Part shown: positions 21,685 through 31,101 of the stretch, in pieces | How positions within the stretch are numbered: position 1 is the first letter of the stretch | How the letters are laid out: each line of letters starts with the position of its first letter | Source of the DNA: an uncultured Verrucomicrobiae bacterium | GTDB lineage: Bacteria; Verrucomicrobiota; Verrucomicrobiia; Limisphaerales; Palsa-1400 | Length of the DNA stretch: 64,000 nucleotides | NCBI GenBank assembly: GCA_963707025.1 | Contig: CAVPOM010000014.1 | Coordinates: 160,001-224,000, forward strand | Direction of reading: 5' to 3' | Notes under the pieces: generated by a model | The model's database searches: none | Told to the model about the DNA's origin: nothing | What the model saw: only the letters and a program-made list of their open reading frames with translations | Made by a program: the position numbers and the translations under genes

Positions 21685-21898
21685 CCCGCCCTCGGCCCGC
21701 GCCCTAGGCAGGAGCGGCTTTTCCAGGAGCGCTCTCGCCGCAGCCGCATGTGTCGGTGTCCCGCCGGCGGCATCTTTCGTCCGAAACCGGCCCGCCTGTT
21801 GAGTCAGTCCGCACGCGCCTGGCTAATGATTCGGTCGCCGCCCCTTTTTGCTGCGGTCGCATTAACGGCCCGATCGTGTCTGGATAAAATCACCGGCC

Positions 21899-22240
21899 TC
21901 ACGCGGGCGGCTCTTCGTTCTTGTCCTCGGCCCAGTACCAGACCGCCACCACTCCGTCGCCCCCGTCGGAGGAATGGGAAATATTGATGACGCGCGCGGG
22001 GCCGGTCTCGCTGGCGAATTCAGCGGCATCGTTAAATAATTCCTCCCAAGTGGCCAGGGTCCCGCGAAACATCTGGTATCGCGCCCGCCATTTGACCGGC
22101 GCGGGCGTGTCGGCGCTGGCCGCGTCCGGCGTCGTCGGCGCCTCGGCCGCCGCGTCGGCGCGCGGGCTGGCGCAATGCCAGCAGGAATCGAATTGATCCT
22201 CGATCTTTTCACCGCATTTTGCACAGATCCACATAAGCAT
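21899..22240 (-). CDS. Small protein with N-terminal zinc ribbon (RanBP2-like)
   Basis: WICAKC-x10-CWHC, Ala/Pro linker, compact C-terminal domain. Confidence 0.7.
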   Translation of the reverse strand: MLMWICAKCGEKIEDQFDSCWHCASPRADAAAEAPTTPDAASADTPAPVKWRARYQMFRGTLATWEELFNDAAEFASETGPARVINISHSSDGGDGVVAVWYWAEDKNEEPPA

Positions 22241-22345
22241 CAGCTCCTTTCGGATCGCGTTTGAGCAAGCGTAACCGGCGGCGCCGGTGGTGTCGAGGGA
22301 GAACTAAAGCCGGAGTATTTTCGCCGCCACCCCGTCTAACCAATT

Positions 22346-24676
22346 ATGAAAAGATTATTTTTGCTCCCGCTGTTGGTGATCCTGTTTGGCTCCGCTGCGT
22401 CCTTGCTGGCGGATGGGTTGATTATCATTGACGAAGCACATTGGCAAAGAATGCCGCATCCCGGCCCCGTGCCGTTCCGGGTTTATGCGCCGCTGGAAGT
22501 CACTTACCATCACGTCACTGTCAAGATTGACGGCCAGATCGCCACCACCTCGGTGGACCAGGAGTTCTACAATCCCAATGCGCAACGGCTCGAAGGCACC
22601 TATTTGTTTCCCCTCCCCAAAGACAGCCAGATTGACAAGTTCACCATGGAAATCGCCGGCCAGCAGGTCCAGGCCGAACTGTTGTCCGCCGACAAGGCGC
22701 GCGCCATTTACGAAGACATCGTGCGCAAATTAAAGGACCCCGCCCTGCTCGAATACGCGGGCCGCGACGTTTTCAAGGTGCGCGTTTTCCCCATCGAGCC
22801 CAACAGCCGCAAGCGCATCACCCTTTCCTATTCCCAAGTGCTCCCCTCCGAGGCCGGCCTGTTCCGCTATGTCTATCCGCTCAACACCGAAAAGTTTTCC
22901 GCCAAACCGGTCAAAAACGTCAGCATCAAAGTGGAACTGCAAACCAGGCTCTCCCTCAAAACCATCTATTCCCCCAGCCACACCGTGGAAATCAAACGCA
23001 ACGGCCCCAACAAAGCCACCGTCGCTTACGAGGCCGCCGAGGTGCAGCCCGACACCGATTTCACCCTCTACTTCGCGCCGGAGAAGGATGAAGTCGGCCT
23101 GAACCTGGTCACCTACAAAACGCCCGGCGAAGACGGTTATTTTCTCCTGCTCGCTTCGCCCGGCATGGATGCCAAGGACCGCCAGGTAGTGTTGAAAGAC
23201 GTGGTTTTTGTCCTCGACACCTCCGGCTCCATGTCCGGCAAAAAAATCACCCAGGCCAAAAAGGCGCTGGAATTCTGCGTGGAAAACCTCAACGACGGCG
23301 ATCATTTTGAACTCGTCCGCTTCTCCACCGAAGTCGAGCCGCTCTTTGACCAGTTGGTGGACGCCTCCCCGGCCCACCGCGCCAAGGCGGAGGATTTCAT
23401 CAAGGACCTCAAGGCCAACGGCGCCACCGCCATTGACGATGCCTTGCACAAGGCCCTCTCCCTGCGGCCGGCCGACAGCGCCCGCCCCTTCGTCATCATT
23501 TTTCTCACCGACGGCATGCCCACCATCGGCGTCACCGCTGAAGACCAGATCCTGGCCAACGTCAAGCAAAACGACGCCGGGCGCACGCGGATTTTCTGTT
23601 TCGGCATCGGCACCGATGTCAACACCCATCTGCTGGACAAGCTGACCGAACAGTCGCGCGGCTCCAGCCAATATGTTCTGCCGGAGGAGGATATTGAAGT
23701 GAAGGTTTCCAGCTTCTTCGCCAAGATCAAGGAACCGGTGCTGGCCAATCCAACCTTGCAGTTCACCGGCGACATTCGCGCGACCAAACTCTACCCCGCC
23801 TCGCTCCCGGACCTTTTCAAAGGCGAACAACTGGTGCTGGCCGGACGCTATTCCGGCCACGGCAGTTCCGCCGTCATCATCGAAGGCATGGTCAACGGCG
23901 CGACCCGCAAATTCACCTATGAAGTCAAGTTCCCCGACGAATCCTCCGCCCACGAATTCATTCCCCGCCTTTGGGCCACCCGGCGCGTGGGCCATTTGCT
24001 CGACGAAATCCGCCTGCACGGCGAGAACGCCGAATTGCGCGACGAAGTCACCCAACTGGCGCGCAAATACGGCATCGTCACCCCGTACACCGCCTACCTG
24101 ATCGTTGAGGACGAAGCCCGCCGCGGCGTGGCCTTCAACCTGCGTTCCTTGCAAAACATGGACAAGGATGTGCCCGTGCAACAGGAGGCGGCAAAAAGTT
24201 GGCGCAGCCTGAATTCGACGTTGGATGGCGCCAGCGCCATCGCCGGATCGCAGTTGAACGACAGCCTGAAAAATGCGGCGGCGGCGCCACCGACAGGGGC
24301 GATGGGCGGTGGCTTTGGCGGCGGCGGCGGCACCCGTGGCGGCGGCGCGCAGTACGATTTCGCCAGACAGTCCCTGGGTTTGCCCAGCTCAGGCTCAGCA
24401 ATGGCCAAGACGCCCTCGGCGCAGGCCCGCGAACAACTCGTTCAATACTCCCAGCAGTCTCAATTCGTCAATGGCCGCAACTTCTTCCAAAACGGCAGCC
24501 AGTGGATGGACAGCGAGGTGCAAAACAACCAGGCCGCCAAACACACCCGGCTCCAGTTCAACTCCACGGACTATTTCGCCTTCGCGGCGAAAAACCAGCA
24601 GGCCCTCCCCTGGCTGGCCCTGGGCCAGAACGTCCAGTTTGTCTTGGACGGCGTAGTCTATGAAATCTATGAATAA
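22346..24676 (+). CDS. Secreted VIT + vWA domain protein (inter-alpha-trypsin-inhibitor-like)
   Basis: Signal peptide; VDQEFYNP..LEGTYLFPLP, DPALLE (VIT); DTSGSM MIDAS, FLTDG; RLWA, YGIVTPYTAYL. Confidence 0.92.
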   Translation: MKRLFLLPLLVILFGSAASLLADGLIIIDEAHWQRMPHPGPVPFRVYAPLEVTYHHVTVKIDGQIATTSVDQEFYNPNAQRLEGTYLFPLPKDSQIDKFTMEIAGQQVQAELLSADKARAIYEDIVRKLKDPALLEYAGRDVFKVRVFPIEPNSRKRITLSYSQVLPSEAGLFRYVYPLNTEKFSAKPVKNVSIKVELQTRLSLKTIYSPSHTVEIKRNGPNKATVAYEAAEVQPDTDFTLYFAPEKDEVGLNLVTYKTPGEDGYFLLLASPGMDAKDRQVVLKDVVFVLDTSGSMSGKKITQAKKALEFCVENLNDGDHFELVRFSTEVEPLFDQLVDASPAHRAKAEDFIKDLKANGATAIDDALHKALSLRPADSARPFVIIFLTDGMPTIGVTAEDQILANVKQNDAGRTRIFCFGIGTDVNTHLLDKLTEQSRGSSQYVLPEEDIEVKVSSFFAKIKEPVLANPTLQFTGDIRATKLYPASLPDLFKGEQLVLAGRYSGHGSSAVIIEGMVNGATRKFTYEVKFPDESSAHEFIPRLWATRRVGHLLDEIRLHGENAELRDEVTQLARKYGIVTPYTAYLIVEDEARRGVAFNLRSLQNMDKDVPVQQEAAKSWRSLNSTLDGASAIAGSQLNDSLKNAAAAPPTGAMGGGFGGGGGTRGGGAQYDFARQSLGLPSSGSAMAKTPSAQAREQLVQYSQQSQFVNGRNFFQNGSQWMDSEVQNNQAAKHTRLQFNSTDYFAFAAKNQQALPWLALGQNVQFVLDGVVYEIYE

Positions 24677-24984
24677 AACGAAGACTGTAACTTGTCTTCA
24701 AGCATCCCTGCCGCTCCCTCTCCTGGAGGAGAGGGCCAGGGTGAGGTCGAACTTTTTTCTTATTGACTTGCCTTCTGATGCTTAAAAATTGAAAGCTCAC
24801 GAGACCGGCAACTGCTCTGCCACCCCGGCGGCCGCCATCTCTTTTTCCAAATCCCCCGCCTGTTCCAGCGCCGGTTGAAAGGCATGGCCGGAGGCCAGCC
24901 GGCTCCATTTTAAAGCCTCCGCCAAATTCACCGCCGTGCCCCGCCCGCGGCGGTAACAAACCGCCAATTCGTATTGCCCCTGCG
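24659..24984 (+). repeat. Left copy of bipartite direct repeat (35 bp VIT-gene 3' end + 180 bp Sel1-gene 3' end)
   Basis: 24659-24693 matches 30849-30883 (1 mismatch); 24805-24984 matches 30922-31101 (1 mismatch seen); the spacers differ. Confidence 0.92.
24714..24746. repeat. REP-like hairpin, copy 2
   Basis: ctccctctcctggaggagagggccagggtgagg. Confidence 0.65.
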
Positions 24985-25015
24985 CCAGTCCCCTGATCGC
25001 CGCGATTTCGATCAA
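24797..25015 (-). pseudogene. Duplicated 3' fragment (72 codons) of the Sel1-repeat gene
   Basis: QGQYELAVCYRRGRGTAVNLAEALKW...EQLP identical to the C-terminus of 30914-31807. Confidence 0.85.
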
Positions 25016-25764
25016 TTCCTGTCAGACGGCCTCTGCGGAAAACGTTGCGGAGCGTTGGTGTTTATGAACATCTTTCCGCTGTCTCTCATCCGCTTTTGGT
25101 AATCCGCCTCAAGTTCCGGCACAACATTACTCGGTATTTTCGGCGTGAACGGGATGTCGCGGAAATCATTCGTGTGACTCAAACTTACGGTCATCCCTAC
25201 CAACGTCTTTAGGTCCATGTTTATCTCGACTCTAATTTGATTCAGATATCCCAGTTCCTCCGTCTGTGGCCACTCCCACGATATACAACAGTAAGGCACA
25301 TGGCCGCCGACCCGGCCCTCCGCGTGAAGATCGAATGGCCCTTCCAAGGTAGGCGCATGGTCAGCGTGCGTCAACTCAGGTTTATAGCCGAGCTTTTTTA
25401 AGGCGTCTCTAGCCATGGTGACCGCCTCGTTGGTCGTCATGTGATCCTGCCCAAAATACTTCTTTATGCTTTCGTCGGTGAACTCCTGCTCGAAGAACCA
25501 GTTGGTGGGAGCGCGGAAACAGTCAATTAATCCATGCCCGCCGTCGTATCCTTGCCAGTGGAAGGCAAACGAGTAATGGTTGGTTAGTATCACTCCGTCC
25601 GCGATAAAGCCCTTGTACGGTGATGGGCTTGACCACGCCACCTGATTTGTAGTGATTGGCTGCCGAACCGGCAAATCCAGTTTCGCGGCAAATTCTGAAA
25701 TATGAGGAAGGACGGCCACGAGCATCGCATTTGAATACGCCACCGTCATGTGTATCAGGTCCAT
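25012..25764 (-). CDS. Hypothetical protein, partner gene of the island secreted protein
   Basis: 250-aa ORF starting 4 nt after the upstream stop; no recognised family. Confidence 0.75.
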   Translation of the reverse strand: MDLIHMTVAYSNAMLVAVLPHISEFAAKLDLPVRQPITTNQVAWSSPSPYKGFIADGVILTNHYSFAFHWQGYDGGHGLIDCFRAPTNWFFEQEFTDESIKKYFGQDHMTTNEAVTMARDALKKLGYKPELTHADHAPTLEGPFDLHAEGRVGGHVPYCCISWEWPQTEELGYLNQIRVEINMDLKTLVGMTVSLSHTNDFRDIPFTPKIPSNVVPELEADYQKRMRDSGKMFINTNAPQRFPQRPSDRN

Positions 25765-25768
25765 AAAA

Positions 25769-27767
25769 TCAGCGATTGAATTGATTTAAGCCCAACAACC
25801 AATATCCAAAAACTTTTAGGTGACTTGTGGATAGGTAAGTTACATTTGGGTACTGCCCCGCGTTGAGAAATGCTTGTTTCACGCCGTGAGACGCCCACTC
25901 GTACTGGAAATCCTGAAAGAAGAACACATGGCTCACGTTGATGGAACCCAAAAAACCTGCGGCCTTGTCATCGTCCCATCCAGCGAAGGAGGTTGGCCGA
26001 AGAGAAGCGTTAACATAATCAGTGCCGGCAACGTTTTCTTTATGAATGATGCCGAATGATTCCGGCAGCTTGCCCGACGCTGTGCTGCATCCGTCAAGGC
26101 AAACAAACCGGTACTTGTGTGCGTTCGTCTGGCCGGCAGGAATCGTCGCCAAATTTGCGGCTATCTCCGAGGCCAAAACTGAGAGGTTGGTCGTGGTTTG
26201 AGTGGCACCCAGTCCGTTCGGGCTGCCGTGGCCCAAATAGAACAGGTTGCGGGAGAGGTTATTATATAGGGCGGCACGAAAATTAGCCCAGTCACCATAT
26301 GACGCGGGGGGATCATTAAATCGGATCCGGTAGGCCGTGCTATTTTGGGCTGTTGGACGAACGGCAAGGCCCAAAGTTTGCGCCCCCGCAGCGAATCCAT
26401 CAGTCATTATATCCAAATCGTCCCAGCCAACCAGATTATTCCAAGCCTGCTGGTTCACCACAACCCAGTCACCCGGACCGCTCCAGGGGTCTGTGACCTT
26501 AAAACTCGGGGGTGCCACCTTGCTGGCCACAACCGAGCCAGCGGAAAAAGTCGTCAAAACAAACTCAAATGTGTTGTCTGTATGGAGCATTCCGTCCGGC
26601 CCAATCAGATTCCAAACGACATAAATATTGCCGTCTGGTGTAGTCCCGCCCATCGTGCCAATGTAGCTGAACCCGCTGTCATACACGTCCAGGTACCACT
26701 GAACGTTTGTCAGGGCAGACTGAGCGCTCACCACCAGAGAATTGCCCATTTCGCCAAACGCTGACATCCAATTCGGGAAAGAGAGTGCATTGGAAACAGT
26801 GACTGTCACCGCAGGGGAGTCAGCCTCGTAAATCGTCCCACTGCCATCTTCCGTGCCATCGCCGGGATCGTTCCAAAAGGCATGAACGGAGATGCTGTGG
26901 ACCCCATTGCTCAGTTGCGTTGTATCAAGGATCATGATTGGCACCGGCAGTTCAAACGGGGCAACATGAATGGAACTCGCGATGGGAACCTCAAAATCCT
27001 CCAAAGTCAACGTCGTCAATTGGCCGGAGGGTTCGCCGGCCTCGACCGGGAGGTTTATCACGTCGCCAATGACCATGCCGTTGGTGAGGCCATAAAGAGT
27101 TGCCCCCACTTTGACGACTTCGTAAAAGTCCGTTTGTGGCGCTGTGCTTGCCCCTCCGCTTCCGCCTGAGCCGCCACCCGGCGGCATAGGTACCTCGGGG
27201 GTAGCGCCGTTCGGCAAAGCCGGGCCGGCTGAATACGCTGATCCGCTGACCCATTCCGCAGTTGAAGGATCGAAAATATTCAAAGTGGACAAATCATACC
27301 CGGGAGGGTATAGGAATAGCGGAACGACATCGCCTAAACCAGTTTGCAGGCATGGCCATCGGCATAGGCGGAAGGGTAGCAGCACCTTTCGCTGAATCAT
27401 GCATGGCGCCAGCGATTACAGCAAACGAACCACCACTTCCACCGACGCAATCGGCATTCGTAACCACCCCGTAATCAATATACACAGTGAGATTAGTTCC
27501 TGTTGCGGCTGGATAAGAGTTCGCAAGCACCGTCCAAGTCGAATTTGACGATAAATTTGTGCCTCGCATGATAATATACGTGTCTCCATTACCGTCTACG
27601 CTTGGCCAAGTCAACACAACGTTACTGGATTGCACAGCAATGGTGAGGCCTTCGATGGCAAAGGAGTTGGAGGCGGTCAGGAGAATCAGGCTTGCGGTCC
27701 CGATAATTCCTATTTTCACACCCGTCTCATAAGGGGAAAAGTCTGGTGCTGACCTGTTCATTTGCAA
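25769..27767 (-). CDS. Secreted multidomain protein with Ig-like region and C-terminal clan-CD (caspase/gingipain-like) His-Cys domain; one apparent frameshift at ~27341
   Basis: Signal peptide (ASLILLTASNSFA-IEG); ORFs join as MAMPAN-GLGDVVPLFLYPPG when one base is removed; LDTTQLSNGVHSI Ig-like segment; NLFYLGHG and FVCLDGCST motifs. Confidence 0.65.
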
Positions 27768-27851
27768 GGGTTTAATTGGTCTTCGGGGTAAAATGAGATT
27801 TTGATTTTTCCGAGTTTGGCTTTTGGGTTTGGTATGCGCCTGTTTGGGCGC

Positions 27852-29167
27852 GTGTGCTGTCCCATAGCTTTATTGGAAGCCGGGGAAATACGCCTGCTCG
27901 GGCCGCGCCAAGTGGCGAAAGCTGCCGCCTGCTGTCCCATAGCACGCCAGCAAATTGAGCAGATCATATTTCTCCCAGAGCGCCGCCCGCAAAATCGTGA
28001 ACAGCCGGGTGAAGCTGTGCGCCCAGTTGGAGAGGTGACTGAGGTAGCGCAACAGCACGTAGGTCAACAGCGCCGTCCACACCTGCCAGCGCACGGCGTT
28101 GGCGTTGTGGCCCAGAAAATCCGCCAACTGCAAGGTCTGCTTGATTTGTTTGAAGAAGACTTCGATCTGCCAGCGGCAGCGGTAAAGGTCGGCCACGCTG
28201 CGCGGACTCCACTCCAGGTTGTTGGTCAGGAAGGTCATTTCCCGTTCCTCTCCATCAATCTCGACCAGCGCCACCACCCGGCGCATCAACTCCGGCGCGG
28301 GTTTGTTCTCGTTGCTCAGGACGATCACTTCGTCGCGCAAAATCTTCGGGTCTCTGGAGGCGGGCATTTTCCGCACCACCTCATAGCCCATGTTCTCCTT
28401 GGCCCGCGTCACCCAAAAGACCCCGCGCCCGTCCAAATCCCGCAAGTGGCCGAAGTCCACATAACCCTTGTCGAACAAGGCGATTTCGCCGCTCTTCAAG
28501 TCGGCGCACAGTTCCCGCGCCCGTCGGTTGTCGTGCTCGGCGGCAGTGTCCACAATGACAAAACCGGGCAAAAGATTCTGCAGATTCAACCGCATATGGG
28601 TTTTGGCGGCGGCCTTGCGCCGGCGGTGCTTGGCCCAGTCCAGGCAGTTGGCCACCAGTTCCATGGTCGTGCTATCAATCACATGGATGGGCATCTTGAA
28701 ACGGAAGGCGGGGCCACGGCGCTGGCCCGCGGCAAAGCCGGGCGTCTGTGCTTTCAAATGCTCCAGGACCCGCCAGAAGAGTTGTTCGGCCATCTGGGCC
28801 GGACGCTCCCGGTTGGCGTGGGAGAGGCCGTTGCGGCTGGGGGCGCTGGCGCCGCGCAAAGTGGACAGCGGCCCGGAATGCAATTGCAGCGAGTCGCACA
28901 GATCGTTGAGTCCGATGCAATGGGTGAGTTGCGCGTCCAGCAAACTGACCGTGTGACTCCACGGACTGAAGGTGCGCGACTTATCCAGAGCCCCGGTCTC
29001 CCGCGCTATTTTGGAGACTTCATGCGCAGGAATGAGATTGCAAATCTGGCGCAAAACGTTAAACCGGGACCGTGTTGGTTTGATTTTTTTGTTTTTCATG
29101 CCTGCCTTGTGGCAGGTTCAAATGGTCAAGCCAACACTTTTTTCCAATTTCCTGTGGGATGGCTGTG
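27852..29167 (-). mobile_element. IS4-family insertion sequence (ends approximate)
   Basis: Imperfect inverted ends gctgtcccatag (27856-27867) and ctgtgggatggc(tgtg) (29152-29167) around the transposase. Confidence 0.7.
27870..29099 (-). CDS. IS4-family transposase
   Basis: IDST, FDKGY, YRCRWQIEVFFKQIK (Y-R-E-K signature). Confidence 0.95.
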   Translation of the reverse strand: MKNKKIKPTRSRFNVLRQICNLIPAHEVSKIARETGALDKSRTFSPWSHTVSLLDAQLTHCIGLNDLCDSLQLHSGPLSTLRGASAPSRNGLSHANRERPAQMAEQLFWRVLEHLKAQTPGFAAGQRRGPAFRFKMPIHVIDSTTMELVANCLDWAKHRRRKAAAKTHMRLNLQNLLPGFVIVDTAAEHDNRRARELCADLKSGEIALFDKGYVDFGHLRDLDGRGVFWVTRAKENMGYEVVRKMPASRDPKILRDEVIVLSNENKPAPELMRRVVALVEIDGEEREMTFLTNNLEWSPRSVADLYRCRWQIEVFFKQIKQTLQLADFLGHNANAVRWQVWTALLTYVLLRYLSHLSNWAHSFTRLFTILRAALWEKYDLLNLLACYGTAGGSFRHLARPEQAYFPGFQ

Positions 29168-29253
29168 TCCTATTTTGGTGATTTTCATAAAGCATGCTCT
29201 CGTTAATCATCTGTTTTCAGCGCGAAGTCGCTTAATGTGGACGGCAGGCCAAG

Positions 29254-30747
29254 TGAGGTGGACCCCATCCTTTAGACCACGGAGCGCATGAAATAAGCGC
29301 GACTTTTGCCGATTGCTGTCATTACTAATTGTAGTTGACTACTGTTCATTCCGTGTTTCAAAACCCTTTCGAAAAGAGAGAACGAGCGATGCGGAGCACT
29401 GCCCGTCCTCCCTCTCCGTTTTCTTAGGGTTCTCAACTCTACCGCCGCAGGCGGTCTGATTTCAAGCCTTTTCCTGCCGCCTGCCTCTCTGTCAAGTGCT
29501 GCGATCGCTCCTGCCTCTGGCAGGTTGCATCGCTTCCCATTTGGCCGGTTGGGCTCCATGCGTGCCGGGATCAAAATACGCGTCCGCCGGCGTCGCATAG
29601 CCCAACGCCTGGTGCGGTCGTTCCCGGTTGTAGCCGTCAAACCACCGGCCCAGTCCGCGCCCTGCCGCCAACCCGTCGCCATAGTCTTGCAAATAAATGT
29701 CCTCATACTTGGCGCTCCGCCACAGCCGCTCGATAAACCGGTTGTCCATCCAGCGACCCCGTCCGTCCATGCTCACGTCCACCCCCGCCGATTCCACCGC
29801 ATCGATAAACATCGGGGAGGTGAACTGCGATCCCTGGTCGGTATTGGAAATCAACGGCGCCTGACGCCCCGCCCGCAACGCCGCCTCCCAAGCGTCCACA
29901 CAAAAGTCCGCCTCCAACGTGTTGCTCAAGCGCCATCCCAGCACGTAACGACTCCACCAATCCATCACCGCCACCAAATACATAAACCCAGTTGCCATAG
30001 GCACATACGTAATGTCCGAACACCAAACCTGATCCGGTCCCGTCACTGCCAAATTGCGTAACAGATACGGATAAATCTGGTGCCCCATCTCCCGCAGACT
30101 CGTCTTGGGCTTGGCGTAAATCGCCTCGATCCCCATCAACCGCAGCAGCCGCACCACCCGTTTGCGATTGATGGTCAAACCCTCCCGGCGCAACAGCACG
30201 GTCAGTTTGCGGCTGCCATAAACCGGGTGGTCCAAATGCATCTGGTCCAACCGCCGCATCAGCGCCAGGTTCTCCTCTGTCTCCGGACAGCACTGGTAAT
30301 AATAACTGCCACGGCACACCGCCAGCAGCTCGCACTGGCGCCGCACGCTGAGCTGCGGATCGGGAGCGATTAAACATGTTAAAGCCCCAGTTGCCTGGAC
30401 TTTTTTTTAAGCCAGTCCAAGTCCACCGTCAGTTGGCCAATCTTCTCATGCAGTTGGGCAATCAACTGTTCCTGATCCTCCGTGCGGGGTTGCCCGGGCT
30501 CAAACAATTCGGGCATGTGATCCCGAATCGTCGCCCGCCACTGCGTGACCTGCGCCGGATGCACCGCATACTCTCGCGCCAATTGCGCGACCGTCTTCAG
30601 CCCCACCAGGGCTTCGAATCCCACTTTGGCCTTGAAGGCCGCACTGTGTCTTTTCCGTTTTGCTTTCATAAGTCTGCTCTTTCTTATCTACAGCAAACCG
30701 GCAAAAATCGAAACTTACCTGTGGTCTAAAAATAGGGGTCCAGCTCA
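29254..30747 (-). mobile_element. IS3-family insertion sequence (1494 bp)
   Basis: TG...CA ends; inverted repeats TGAGGTGGACCCCATCCTTTAGACCAC / TGAGCTGGACCCCTATTTTTAGACCAC; no clear target duplication (AAG vs TAG). Confidence 0.92.
29492..30669 (-). CDS. IS3-family transposase OrfAB (orfA 30379-30669; orfB in -1 frame; programmed frameshift at A AAA AAG ~30400-30408)
   Basis: orfA HTH (RKRHSAAFKAKV...DWLKKKS); -1 frame reads KKVQATGALTCLIAPDPQLSVRRQCELL into orfB; WCSDITY, TDQGSQF, DNRFIERLWRSAK. Confidence 0.95.
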
Positions 30748-30848
30748 TAGCACTTCGCCAGCCTTTCAGACATCTTCGTTTTTACTCCTAAGCCGCGCCG
30801 AGATGCTCCACGCTTTTTGGTAATTTCTCACCTTGGATTGCGTACCTT

Positions 30849-31101
30849 TATGAAATCTACGAATAAAACGAAGACTGTAACTTAATTCCGCGCGGTCATT
30901 GGCCGGGCCGGCATCAGGCAGCCGGCAACTGCTCTGCCACCCCGGCGGCCGCCATCTCTTTTTCCAAATCCCCCGCCTGTTCCAGCGCCGGTTGAAAGGC
31001 ATGGCCGGAGGCCAGCCGGCTCCATTTTAAAGCCTCTGCCAAATTCACCGCCGTGCCCCGCCCGCGGCGGTAACAAACCGCCAATTCGTATTGCCCCTGC
31101 G
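30849..31101 (+). repeat. Right copy of bipartite direct repeat
   Basis: Orphan copy of TATGAAATCTACGAATAAAACGAAGACTGTAACTT (YEIYE-stop of the VIT gene) followed by the intact Sel1 3' end. Confidence 0.92.

Larger units (their letters stand above)
24985..30848. mobile_element. Small genomic island between long direct repeats
   Basis: Flanking duplication, visibly more A/T-rich cargo, two IS elements, no integrase. Confidence 0.7.

Noticed and set aside
21685..21898. Structured ncRNA (6S or hammerhead) between yajQ and the zinc-ribbon gene
   Set aside because: The CTGA...GAAA words lack the hammerhead CUGANGA core and I could not build a convincing long stem
27852..30747. Composite transposon mobilising the island
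   Set aside because: The two IS elements are of different families and both lie on one side of the cargo
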